This document shows, piece after piece, positions 16,817 through 24,883 of a DNA stretch of 38,200 bases (the stretch's first letter is position 1; every line of letters starts with the position of its first letter). Under the pieces are notes generated by a model. It saw nothing but the letters and a program-made list of their open reading frames with translations, was not told the DNA's origin and ran no database searches. The stretch covers positions 1 to 38,200 of the forward strand of contig CAZCSI010000001.1 in assembly GCA_964501525.1 (NCBI GenBank), read 5' to 3'. The stretch comes from an uncultured Candidatus Saccharibacteria bacterium (GTDB taxonomy: Bacteria > Patescibacteriota > Minisyncoccia > Minisyncoccales > CAYTKG01). The position numbers were made by a program, and so were the translations under genes.

Positions 16817-16880
16817 AAATTTATTTTTAATTTATTCTTTGACCTTTTAATCTTTTTACGACCTTTGAGCCTTTCTAAAA

Positions 16881-17336
16881 TTAATCATTGGCATCGCAGT
16901 CATAATCAACATCATCACAAGCAACTTCTGTCCCCGAGCCCTGGACCGCATAGCCGTAACTGTCAACACAAAAAAGTTCTCCGCTGTTAAGTGTAACCTG
17001 TATACAGTATTCTCCTTCTCCGATATTGATCACCATATCCGTGTTCCGATTATAAGCGTATATGTCTTCACAAAGAAGCTCTATCTCGCTGTTGTCGCAG
17101 CTGCAGGACTGCCCTACAACAGAGCAGGCAACAGCGTCATACCCTCCTTCGCGGTACAGAATCTCTGCCAGGCTTCTTATCTGACTCATGCTGGAAATAA
17201 TACGAGAGTCCTGGGCTTCTCTCCTGGTCCTACTCAGAGAAACCAAGATAATCGAAGACAGAATACCGATAATAGCAACTACCACCAAAAGCTCGATCAG
17301 GGTGAAACCTCTTTTTTTATTGATAAACCTCTTCAT
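16881..17336 (-). CDS. pilA: Type IV pilin (major pilin candidate 2, paralog)
   Basis: 151 aa, with MKRFINKKRG|FTLIELLVVVAIIGILSSIILVSL. It shares DSRII..MSQ.RSLAE.LY with the neighbouring pilin and has 8 Cys. Confidence 0.85.
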   Translation of the reverse strand: MKRFINKKRGFTLIELLVVVAIIGILSSIILVSLSRTRREAQDSRIISSMSQIRSLAEILYREGGYDAVACSVVGQSCSCDNSEIELLCEDIYAYNRNTDMVINIGEGEYCIQVTLNSGELFCVDSYGYAVQGSGTEVACDDVDYDCDAND

Positions 17337-17354
17337 GTCTTCCTGTCTTTACAG

Positions 17355-17382
17355 ATTATAACATTTTTAAACATAAAGTAAA
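17355..17382 (-). promoter_or_regulatory. Candidate sigma70-type promoter for the pilin genes
   Basis: The minus strand reads TTTACT (17382-17377), a 16-nt spacer, then TATAAT (17360-17355), 18 nt upstream of the pilin-2 ATG. An AGGAAG lies 4 nt before the ATG. Confidence 0.35.
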
Positions 17383-17384
17383 AC

Positions 17385-18593
17385 TTAAACTGTCAATCCG
17401 CCTCCTTGGAACAAGGGAAGAAACAGAGAAAGAGCCAAAAGAGCCACCAGAACACCCAAAAATATGATTAAAAGCGGCTCAACAAATTTCAGCAGCCTTT
17501 CCATGGCCACCTCTACTTCTTCTTCATAAAAAGCAACCACGGATTTCAGTGTCTTCTCCAGGTTACCGGTTTTTTCACCCGCTGCGACCATTTGAACAAA
17601 AAAACTAGGAAAAAAATCAGGATACATGGCAAAAGTAGAAACAATGCTTTTCCCGGCCCTGACATCTTTGCGGGCCTTAAAAACTATCTCCTTGTAAATG
17701 TTACTCCCCATAAGCTCTGCCGTTGTCTCCAATGATTCACTGATTGACACCCCGCTCGAAATAAGGGTGGAAAGATTAAGAGACAGCTGAGCTAAATATG
17801 TTTTCTTTAAAACAGGACCTATGATGGGCACACCCAATAAGAATCTATCCAGCTCTCTTTTTATGCTTTCGTCTCGAATCAAGAATTTTAGCAGCCCGGC
17901 TGCTCCACCCAGGAGTAAAAGAACAAGCCACCAGAAACTCCTCATAATCTTGGAGGCCTCAATAACCAACCTGGTAATTTGAGGCAGTTCTATATCCATA
18001 TCCACAAAGACTTCTTCAAAACTCGGAATCACAAAAACACTCATAGCCAGCATCATAAAGAAAAAGACACCGGTTACAAAAGCGGGATAAATAAAAGCGC
18101 CTATCAGCTTCATTCTCAAACTTCTGGCCTTTTCAAGGTGCTCGGCCAAATACTTAAGCACCTCGGGCAGACGACCCGATTTCTCTGCAGTACGGATCAT
18201 GCCGATATAAAAAGGGGAAAAAATATCAGAATATCCGGCCAAAGCGTCCGACAGGTTGCTCCCTCCTTCTACTGCCTCTGCCGCTTTCAACAGCTTCTCT
18301 TTAAAGAGCTCGTTGCTTGTCTGGTGGGCGATGGTCTCGAGACCCTCTATCAATGATATGTCCGCACCAATAAGGATGGACATCTGCCTGGCAAAAAGGA
18401 TTATTTCTTCGTTGGAAACTCTTCCGGCAAAAGGAAGTCCTTTTTTCCAAAAAGGCTCTTCAACAAGGTCCAAAGATGTGGGGTACAGTCCGTATCTTTG
18501 AATAACCTCCAAGGCTGCCTCTTTAGAAGAGGCCTCAACCTCACCCGCCTCTATATCACCCTCTTCGGTTCTTGCCTTGTAGGAAAATTTCAT
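17385..18593 (-). CDS. pilC: Type IV pilus platform protein PilC (GspF family)
   Basis: 402 aa with two GspF repeats, three TM segments and the typical R..A.L...G..L..AL motifs. Confidence 0.9.
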   Translation of the reverse strand: MKFSYKARTEEGDIEAGEVEASSKEAALEVIQRYGLYPTSLDLVEEPFWKKGLPFAGRVSNEEIILFARQMSILIGADISLIEGLETIAHQTSNELFKEKLLKAAEAVEGGSNLSDALAGYSDIFSPFYIGMIRTAEKSGRLPEVLKYLAEHLEKARSLRMKLIGAFIYPAFVTGVFFFMMLAMSVFVIPSFEEVFVDMDIELPQITRLVIEASKIMRSFWWLVLLLLGGAAGLLKFLIRDESIKRELDRFLLGVPIIGPVLKKTYLAQLSLNLSTLISSGVSISESLETTAELMGSNIYKEIVFKARKDVRAGKSIVSTFAMYPDFFPSFFVQMVAAGEKTGNLEKTLKSVVAFYEEEVEVAMERLLKFVEPLLIIFLGVLVALLALSLFLPLFQGGGLTV

Positions 18594-18601
18594 ACGTTAA
18601 C

Positions 18602-19672
18602 TTAAAAACCTTTTGTTAATCTTTCCAGCTGCTTTGGGTCAGAGGAGTGCATCACCGCCGATTTAAAACTTATCTCCTTGCTTCTCACCAGGTTGGCCAG
18701 CGACTTGTTAAGGCTGACCATACCCAGGTCCCCGGAGGTCTCTATAACCAGCGGAATCTCGTGTATTTTGTTCTGCCTGATAAGGTTGGACACGGCAGGG
18801 GTGGTAATAAGCACCTCGCAGGCCGGAATCAGACCCTTTTTCACGCGGGGGATCAGCCTCTGGGCAACAACCCCCAAAAGAGAGGTGGATAATTGAGCTC
18901 TTATCTGACTCTGCCGGTCGCCCGGAAAAATATCTACAATACGGTGAATGGACTCGGCTGCGCTGTTGGTGTGGAGGGTAGAGAAAACAAGGTGCCCCGT
19001 TTCGGCCGCCGACAAAGCGGTAGCAACAGTATGCCTGTCTCTCATCTCTCCAACCATAATAACATCCGGGTCCTGTCTAAAACTGGCTCTTAGTGCTCCG
19101 GAAAAGCTCAAGGTGTCCCGGCCCAGCTCCCTCTGGTTGATGATGCACTTCTTGTCTTCAAAATAATATTCAATGGGGTCTTCAATGGTAATAATATGTG
19201 AAGGCCTTTGAGTGTTGATCTCCTCTACCAAAGCGGCGAGGGTGGTGCTTTTCCCATGAGAAGAGGGGCCTGTTATTAAAACAAAACCCTGCAGAGATTG
19301 CGTAAAAGTATGAAGAATAGAGGGTAAATTTAGTTCTTCGATGGATTTTATTTCTACGGGAATGAGACGCATGCTGATGGACAGACTGCCTCTCTGGTAA
19401 AAAATACTTGTCCTGAAATGAGCTTTATCTTCAAGCTCGTAGGAGAGCTCCATAAGCTTTCTGCTTTCCAGCTTTTGGTACTGCTCCTCGTTAAGAAGAA
19501 CTTTTGTGATTCCCTCCGTGTCCTGAGGAGTGAGTCTTTCCCAATCTTTAAGCACCACCAGGTCTCTATCGATCCTCAAGACTGGCTTGTGACCAACAGA
19601 AAAATGAAGGTCTGAGGCCCGCTCCTTGATACTGATTCGTAATATTTGCCTGAGTATTTTAGCGTAATCCAT
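18602..19672 (-). CDS. pilT: Type IV pilus retraction ATPase PilT
   Basis: 356 aa. It has ASDLHF, Walker A GPSSHGKST, ITIEDPIEY, the Asp box RQDPDVIMVGEMRD and the His box LVFSTLHTNSA. Confidence 0.9.
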   Translation of the reverse strand: MDYAKILRQILRISIKERASDLHFSVGHKPVLRIDRDLVVLKDWERLTPQDTEGITKVLLNEEQYQKLESRKLMELSYELEDKAHFRTSIFYQRGSLSISMRLIPVEIKSIEELNLPSILHTFTQSLQGFVLITGPSSHGKSTTLAALVEEINTQRPSHIITIEDPIEYYFEDKKCIINQRELGRDTLSFSGALRASFRQDPDVIMVGEMRDRHTVATALSAAETGHLVFSTLHTNSAAESIHRIVDIFPGDRQSQIRAQLSTSLLGVVAQRLIPRVKKGLIPACEVLITTPAVSNLIRQNKIHEIPLVIETSGDLGMVSLNKSLANLVRSKEISFKSAVMHSSDPKQLERLTKGF

Positions 19673-19736
19673 AACAAATCTTTTTAACGAAGCCTGTTAA
19701 CATGTTTTTTAAAGCAGCCGCGCGCTTTTTTTATTA

Positions 19737-20111
19737 TTATATTAATTCTCTTATTTTTCTTACCACTTCACTGGGCGTATGATGAGCCTTGATTAAATAA
19801 CCCGTTGCTCCCATATTAAGAGCTTTTTCAACCTTGCTTTTCTCGCCAATATTAGAAAGCACCAGCACCTTCACCTCTTTCGTTTTTCCTTTTTCTTGAA
19901 GCTTTCTTAAAACCTCGAATCCGCTTTCTTCAGGAAGAACCATATCCAAAAGCACAAGGTCAAACTTCTCGTTTTCCAGCTGGTCCAACACCCTCCCTCC
20001 GCTGGTAACAGAACTGACCTCAAACCCGGCTTTTTGCAGCCTGCTTTCATAGATCTGGAGAATCAGAGGATCATCCTCAACTAATAAAATTTTTTTATCT
20101 AAGCTCCCCAT
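19737..20111 (-). CDS. Stand-alone response-regulator receiver domain (CheY/PilH-like)
   Basis: 124 aa. It has KILLVEDD, DLVLLDMVLPEESG and KVLVLSNIG...GATGYLIK, with no output domain. Confidence 0.9.
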   Translation of the reverse strand: MGSLDKKILLVEDDPLILQIYESRLQKAGFEVSSVTSGGRVLDQLENEKFDLVLLDMVLPEESGFEVLRKLQEKGKTKEVKVLVLSNIGEKSKVEKALNMGATGYLIKAHHTPSEVVRKIRELI

Positions 20112-20147
20112 ATTGATTTAATATTATTTTAGCTTGTGATTTACACC

Positions 20148-21884
20148 TCAGTCATTGCCCACCCTCAAGGCCTCTTCAAGGGTGGTTACCCCTTTCAGGG
20201 CTTTGATAACAGCATCCTGTCTCATAGAAATTATACCCTGTTTTTTAGCTTCCTCCTTTATCTTCTCTTCGTCAACCTTCTCTTCTACCATAAGACTTCC
20301 CAAACTGTCGGTCATCCCTAAAACTTCAAAAACGCCTATCCGGCCCGAATAACCCTTTTCGTCACATTCTTTACACCCCACCACCTTCCATAAGTTTAAA
20401 TCACCTTCTAAGTCCAACTCTTTTTTGTTTTTCTCGGGTAAATCCTCCAGGGCTTTCATAATAATTTTTTTCTCCTCTTCTTTCGCCTTTACCTTCTTTT
20501 TGCATTTATCACACAGCTGGCGCACCAATCTTTGAGCAATGGCTGCCTTTAAAACCACTGGAATGAGATACGGCTCCACCCCTAACTGTGTTAAGCGGGG
20601 TATAAGCCCGAACACATCTAAGGTGTGAAGGGTTGAAAGAACCAAGTGCCCGGTTAATCCGGCATGGATAGCCAGAGTGGCGCTTTCCTTGTCCCTGATC
20701 TCTCCCACCATAATGATGTCGGGGTCCTGACGCAAAACAAAGCGTAAACCATGAGAGAAAGTGTATCCGATCTGGGGTCTAATCTGCGACTGATTAACCC
20801 CTTCTATAAAATACTCAATAGGGTCTTCCAAAGTAACAACATTAGCGTCTTCTTGATTAAGCATTCTCAGTATCGCGTAAAGAGTTGTTGTCTTACCGCA
20901 GCCCGTTGGTCCGGTTACGATTATCATGCCCGAGGTTTGTTTAGCTGCCCTTTCCACTATTTCAAGGTCCCTGCCCCATAAACCCAGTTTGTTAAAAGAC
21001 ATCAATCCTTTTTTGGGGTCTAAAATCCTGATAGCGGCTTTTTCGCCGGTTCCGGTCGGAAAAGTGGAAACACGAAAGTCAATTCTCCGGCCCCCGATCT
21101 CTTTAGAAAATCTCCCGTCTTGAGGCATTCTCGATTCATCTATGCGCAATCCGGACAATATTTTCACTCTGGCTATGATAGAAGGTAAATATTCAGCCGG
21201 TAACAGTATAGAAGAGTGGAGTCTGCCCAGCATTCTGAATCTAACCCTCAACCGGCCTCCAAAAGGTTCAATGTGGATGTCAGAAGCGTTACCCTCCAAT
21301 GCGTGCTGCAGAATAACGTCAACAACTTTGGAGATAGGTGTTTTCTCCGCCAGACGCCGCCACTCTCCGGATTTCATTTCTTTCAACTCTCTTTTTTTGT
21401 CTACTTCTCTTTTTTCTTCAGTTTTAAGGTCCTCTAAAGCTGTAGAAACAGCCTGTTTCAACCCTTTGTATCTTCTTAAAACCTCACGATAGTCTGAGGG
21501 TGTAATAAGGTTTATTTCATAGGAAAAACCTTCTTGACGAGAAAGAAACCTTATAGCCCTTAATGCCTCCTCGTCTTCCGGATAAACCATGCCGATGAAC
21601 AGTGTTTCTTCTTTTTCTCCGATGGGCACCAGGTGGTACTGCTCCGCAGTTTTTCTCGGAACCTGCTCTAAAATTTTATTGCTTATATCCTTGGCATGAA
21701 CCTTATTAAGAGGAACGCCCATCATCTCGCTCTTGTACTTAAAAAGATCTTCTTCTTTTAGAAGATCTTTTTTCAAGATAATGTCTTCGGGCCTTTGCCC
21801 CAAGTTCTGGATATCGTATTCTAAAGAAGAAGCCTTTTTCCTTTCTATAGCTCCCTTTTTAACTAAATATTGAATCAAATCCAT
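20148..21884 (-). CDS. pilB: Type IV pilus extension ATPase PilB (GspE family)
   Basis: 578 aa. It has an N-terminal GSPII_E_N domain, Walker A GPTGCGKTTT, LEDPIEY, RQDPDIIMVGEIRD, and the tetracysteine motif CDKCKKK...GCKECDEKGYSGR. Confidence 0.9.
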   Translation of the reverse strand: MDLIQYLVKKGAIERKKASSLEYDIQNLGQRPEDIILKKDLLKEEDLFKYKSEMMGVPLNKVHAKDISNKILEQVPRKTAEQYHLVPIGEKEETLFIGMVYPEDEEALRAIRFLSRQEGFSYEINLITPSDYREVLRRYKGLKQAVSTALEDLKTEEKREVDKKRELKEMKSGEWRRLAEKTPISKVVDVILQHALEGNASDIHIEPFGGRLRVRFRMLGRLHSSILLPAEYLPSIIARVKILSGLRIDESRMPQDGRFSKEIGGRRIDFRVSTFPTGTGEKAAIRILDPKKGLMSFNKLGLWGRDLEIVERAAKQTSGMIIVTGPTGCGKTTTLYAILRMLNQEDANVVTLEDPIEYFIEGVNQSQIRPQIGYTFSHGLRFVLRQDPDIIMVGEIRDKESATLAIHAGLTGHLVLSTLHTLDVFGLIPRLTQLGVEPYLIPVVLKAAIAQRLVRQLCDKCKKKVKAKEEEKKIIMKALEDLPEKNKKELDLEGDLNLWKVVGCKECDEKGYSGRIGVFEVLGMTDSLGSLMVEEKVDEEKIKEEAKKQGIISMRQDAVIKALKGVTTLEEALRVGND

Positions 21885-21926
21885 AGGTTTCTAATTTTAA
21901 ATAGGTTCTGCTTAAAGTTCTTCCGG

Positions 21927-22331
21927 TCAAAACAGCCCTTCCTCATTTTCTTCCTCCTCCGTCTCCTCTTGCATCTCTTCTGCTTCTTCTGTTTCTAATG
22001 CCGGCGTTTCTTCCCCTTCCATCTCCTCCGTCTCCTCTGCTTCCTCTACCTCTTCTTCAACCGTATAAGGCTCAAATGGCTTCTCTCTCCCTTTTTCCTC
22101 GGGCTCTGTACTGCCCTCAAAAACCTCAAGCTCTTGAAACTCTTCCACTTCAAAAACTTCAAAGCTGATATCTACTTTAGGCGGACGAGAAAGTTTGACA
22201 GCCTGGTCCGGGTCCGCCTTAATTCTGCTTGTAATAAAGAAAAGACCGATAATAAATCCTGCCACGGCCAGAAGAACCAACAAAATCCTGCTTTGCTCTT
22301 CTATTTTTGATTTTATCCTTTCCCAATCCAT
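21927..22331 (-). CDS. Single-pass membrane protein with an extremely acidic C-terminal tail
   Basis: 134 aa. A TM segment (RILLVLLAVAGFIIGLFFI) is followed by EEVEEAEETEEMEGEETPALETEEAEEMQEETEEEENEEGLF. It sits between the pilO-like gene and pilB. I recognise no family. Confidence 0.55.
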   Translation of the reverse strand: MDWERIKSKIEEQSRILLVLLAVAGFIIGLFFITSRIKADPDQAVKLSRPPKVDISFEVFEVEEFQELEVFEGSTEPEEKGREKPFEPYTVEEEVEEAEETEEMEGEETPALETEEAEEMQEETEEEENEEGLF

Positions 22332-22342
22332 CTTAAAAGTAT

Positions 22343-22930
22343 TTAAATCTCCTCATTATTGATTATAAGATAAGGAGCGCTTAACCTGATATCAAAGGAG
22401 AAAAGCGACGGAGCTCCAGACTCGTCTCTAATTGTTTCTCCTTCTCCTTCCTGCTCCAAGCTCTCACCCACAAATGAAACAGAGTCAACTTCAATAAGAC
22501 GCGCTGTTTTTTCTACTCTATTAAGAAAATCAAGAAAAGAATCATATGTGCCGATTAGCTGGAAAGAAACCTCCACCCATCCCGTCTGGCTCTCTTCTTC
22601 TCTCTCAATAGTCTTAGAAAGACCCCCAACGTCTCTAAAAATCATACCTGTTTTAAAAACGGATTCGTCTAAAAATTCTAGAATGTAAGAAGTATCAGGA
22701 GTAGAAGGCATTGCATAGTTCAACTTGACCATCTCCTCCTGATGCTCGTCTATCCTGCGGGAAGATTCTTCCAACTGCTCTACATACTGCTCTCGGGTTT
22801 CTAAAATAAGCTCTTGGTTGGCCAATTGTTTCTGCAGCTCTTTAACCCTCTTGTATTGAGGGATTAAAGTGCTGAGGCTCAAGCTGACGATATAGGATAT
22901 TAAAAATAGCAATATTAGTATCTTAGACAT
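22343..22930 (-). CDS. pilO: PilO-like pilus assembly protein
   Basis: 195 aa with an N-terminal TM, a coiled coil, then a ferredoxin-like C-terminal part (VSFQLIGTYDSFLDFLNRVEKTARLIEVDSVSF), as in PilO. The position after pilM/pilN supports the call. Confidence 0.6.
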   Translation of the reverse strand: MSKILILLFLISYIVSLSLSTLIPQYKRVKELQKQLANQELILETREQYVEQLEESSRRIDEHQEEMVKLNYAMPSTPDTSYILEFLDESVFKTGMIFRDVGGLSKTIEREEESQTGWVEVSFQLIGTYDSFLDFLNRVEKTARLIEVDSVSFVGESLEQEGEGETIRDESGAPSLFSFDIRLSAPYLIINNEEI

Positions 22931-22931
22931 A

Positions 22932-23003
22932 AAGTATTTTCAAAATGTATGTTTTAAGTATTTTCAAAATGTATGTTTTAAGCGTTTTCAAAATGTATGT
23001 TTA
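22932..23003. repeat. Tandem 24-bp repeat x3 filling the pilN-pilO spacer
   Basis: AAGTATTTTCAAAATGTATGTTTT occurs at 22932-22955 and 22956-22979 (identical). The third copy at 22980-23003 has 3 substitutions. The array ends 1 nt from the pilO ATG. Confidence 0.9.
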
Positions 23004-23011
23004 GGGCTTCA

Positions 23012-23707
23012 TTACTCTTCTAGCCCCTCGGGTAAATCCTCGGGTGAAAACTCTTCGGGCAAGGTTTCTTCCTCTTGGCCTTCCTGGCCTTCCTGGCCTT
23101 CCTGGTCTTCCTGGCCCTCCTGGTCTTCTTGGCTCTCTAAAGCCTCGAGTTCTTCTTCAAACTCAAACTCTTCTTGAAAAACTACAGGGTCAAGGATGAG
23201 AACGAGGCTGAAGTCAACGCCCCCCTCCTCGTTGAATAATACGTTTTCGATGTCCACCTCTCGTATTAAATCTATATTTTCCAAAATCAATATTTGTTTC
23301 CGCAGGTCTGAAAAACCTTCTGTCTTGCCCCTTAAAGAAACCTGGCTCGTCTTCAGGTCCAGTTCAACTTGAAGGTAGCGGACATGTTTATGACATGCTT
23401 TAGCGATAAAATCAAAAAACAAGGTCGGCTCTTTATGCGAAGCAAGAAGATTTTCATAAGTTTCTATTTTTTCTTGAGTGGTAAAAACTTTCTTTTCCAG
23501 CAACTCCGTCTCTTTGGTTCTCCATTGAGCTAATTTAGAGTCGATTTGCAGTAACTTTTGCTCAATCCCTGATTCTGAAAAGTGAAGAAACAAAAAAGAA
23601 AAAGTAAGTCCCAGAGCCAGCCCGGTCAAAAAATAAAAGCCGAGCTTAAACAAGTCGAGAGATATTTTTTTGGTTATTTTTTCCTTAGGTACTAATTCAA
23701 CCGCCAT
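23012..23707 (-). CDS. pilN: PilN-like pilus assembly protein with an acidic repeat tail
   Basis: 231 aa with an N-terminal TM (FYFLTGLALGLTFSFLFL), a coiled coil, a PilN-like core, and the C-terminal tail ESQEDQEGQEDQEGQEGQEGQEE encoded by 7 x 9-bp repeats (23075-23137). Confidence 0.55.
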   Translation of the reverse strand: MAVELVPKEKITKKISLDLFKLGFYFLTGLALGLTFSFLFLHFSESGIEQKLLQIDSKLAQWRTKETELLEKKVFTTQEKIETYENLLASHKEPTLFFDFIAKACHKHVRYLQVELDLKTSQVSLRGKTEGFSDLRKQILILENIDLIREVDIENVLFNEEGGVDFSLVLILDPVVFQEEFEFEEELEALESQEDQEGQEDQEGQEGQEGQEEETLPEEFSPEDLPEGLEE

Positions 23708-23745
23708 AATAATATTTTAAGAAATACTTTTATAGTTTTATAAAA

Positions 23746-24807
23746 TCATCCTAGGCCCTTGATCGCCATTCCAGCAGCGATGGTAAACCCCGGCCCAATT
23801 TTCAGCAACTCTTTTTCCAAAATAGAAGGATAAACCATGCCTCGAAAAGGAAAGCTTATTTCTATATCGCTGCTCAGTTCCTGAGTTAAATATTCTTTAA
23901 GGCCAGGCATAGCAGCTGTAGCTCCGGCCATAATAAATCTCGTCGCCTGCTTTCCCCTCTCTCTGTAAAAACCATCAGAGGCCCTTCTAATCTCATCTGT
24001 CATGTCGCGCAAAATCGGCTCGAGGGTCTTTTTTGTCTCCGGGTTCAAAAGCCCCTTGTTCTCCTTTATTACCTCTGCCCTTTCAAAAGACAGGTCCATC
24101 ATCTTGCTGATTCTGTGCGTTAAGTCATGCCCCGCTATATCAAAACTGTAAGAGGTCTTAAGGGTCCCCTCGTCAACAATACTGACAGTGGTGCTCTGAA
24201 CCCCTATGTCTATAAGACCCATAGTGTCTTTTTCATCTCGGGCCGCCGCTCTTTGAATAGCAAACACCTCGGCTTCCACCCCTTTCAGTTTTAAACCAGC
24301 CAACTCTGCAATACTGGTATAGCGATCTATAACTCTGTTCGGCACTACCACCAAAAGAATTTCCAATCGTTCCTTAGAGCGCGGGAAAAAATTACCTTTT
24401 ATCAAAACCCAGTCGAGAGTAACCTCTCTAATAGGCATCGGAACTCTTTGCCTGGCTTCAAAACGAACCGCATCTTTAATCTCCTCTTTTTTCATCGAAG
24501 GAAGAGAAAAGGTGGTGAAAAAAGTAGAAAAATCGGGTATCGAAAAATAGGCCTGTTCTGATTCAACCCCGGCTTCTAATAAACTTTTTTTCAACATCTC
24601 GGCTATGCGTTGGTCGGAAAGAAGTAATTTTCCTTTGCTCGCTCCTCCCAAAAAACGTGGTTCCGCAGCGGGAGGAGTAACCTTAACATAGTTCTCTAAT
24701 TTCTCCTGCTGACCGTGTCTGCTCAACTCAACCGCTCTTATGCTTGATGTACCGACATCCACCCCCAGCACGGAATCAGGCTCTTTTTTAAATAGCTGGA
24801 TCTTCAT
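23746..24807 (-). CDS. pilM: Type IV pilus assembly ATPase-fold protein PilM
   Basis: 353 aa with an actin/FtsA-like fold: GVDVGTSSIRAVEL, GLIDIGVQSTTVSIV, IMAGATAAMPGL. Confidence 0.85.
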   Translation of the reverse strand: MKIQLFKKEPDSVLGVDVGTSSIRAVELSRHGQQEKLENYVKVTPPAAEPRFLGGASKGKLLLSDQRIAEMLKKSLLEAGVESEQAYFSIPDFSTFFTTFSLPSMKKEEIKDAVRFEARQRVPMPIREVTLDWVLIKGNFFPRSKERLEILLVVVPNRVIDRYTSIAELAGLKLKGVEAEVFAIQRAAARDEKDTMGLIDIGVQSTTVSIVDEGTLKTSYSFDIAGHDLTHRISKMMDLSFERAEVIKENKGLLNPETKKTLEPILRDMTDEIRRASDGFYRERGKQATRFIMAGATAAMPGLKEYLTQELSSDIEISFPFRGMVYPSILEKELLKIGPGFTIAAGMAIKGLG

Positions 24808-24883
24808 CTAGTGGCCGAATTGTTTTATTATATCATTAAAAAGATATCTTGAAAACAATCCGTATGTTATCCTCTTTAAAAGA

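Noticed and set aside
24819-24859. An imperfect dyad (ATTGTTTT...ATATC / GATAT...AAAACAAT) in the pilM-comFC divergent spacer as an operator
   Set aside because: It is AT-rich with 8-bp and 5-bp arms and asymmetric gaps. This could easily arise by chance in promoter DNA, and there is no second copy.
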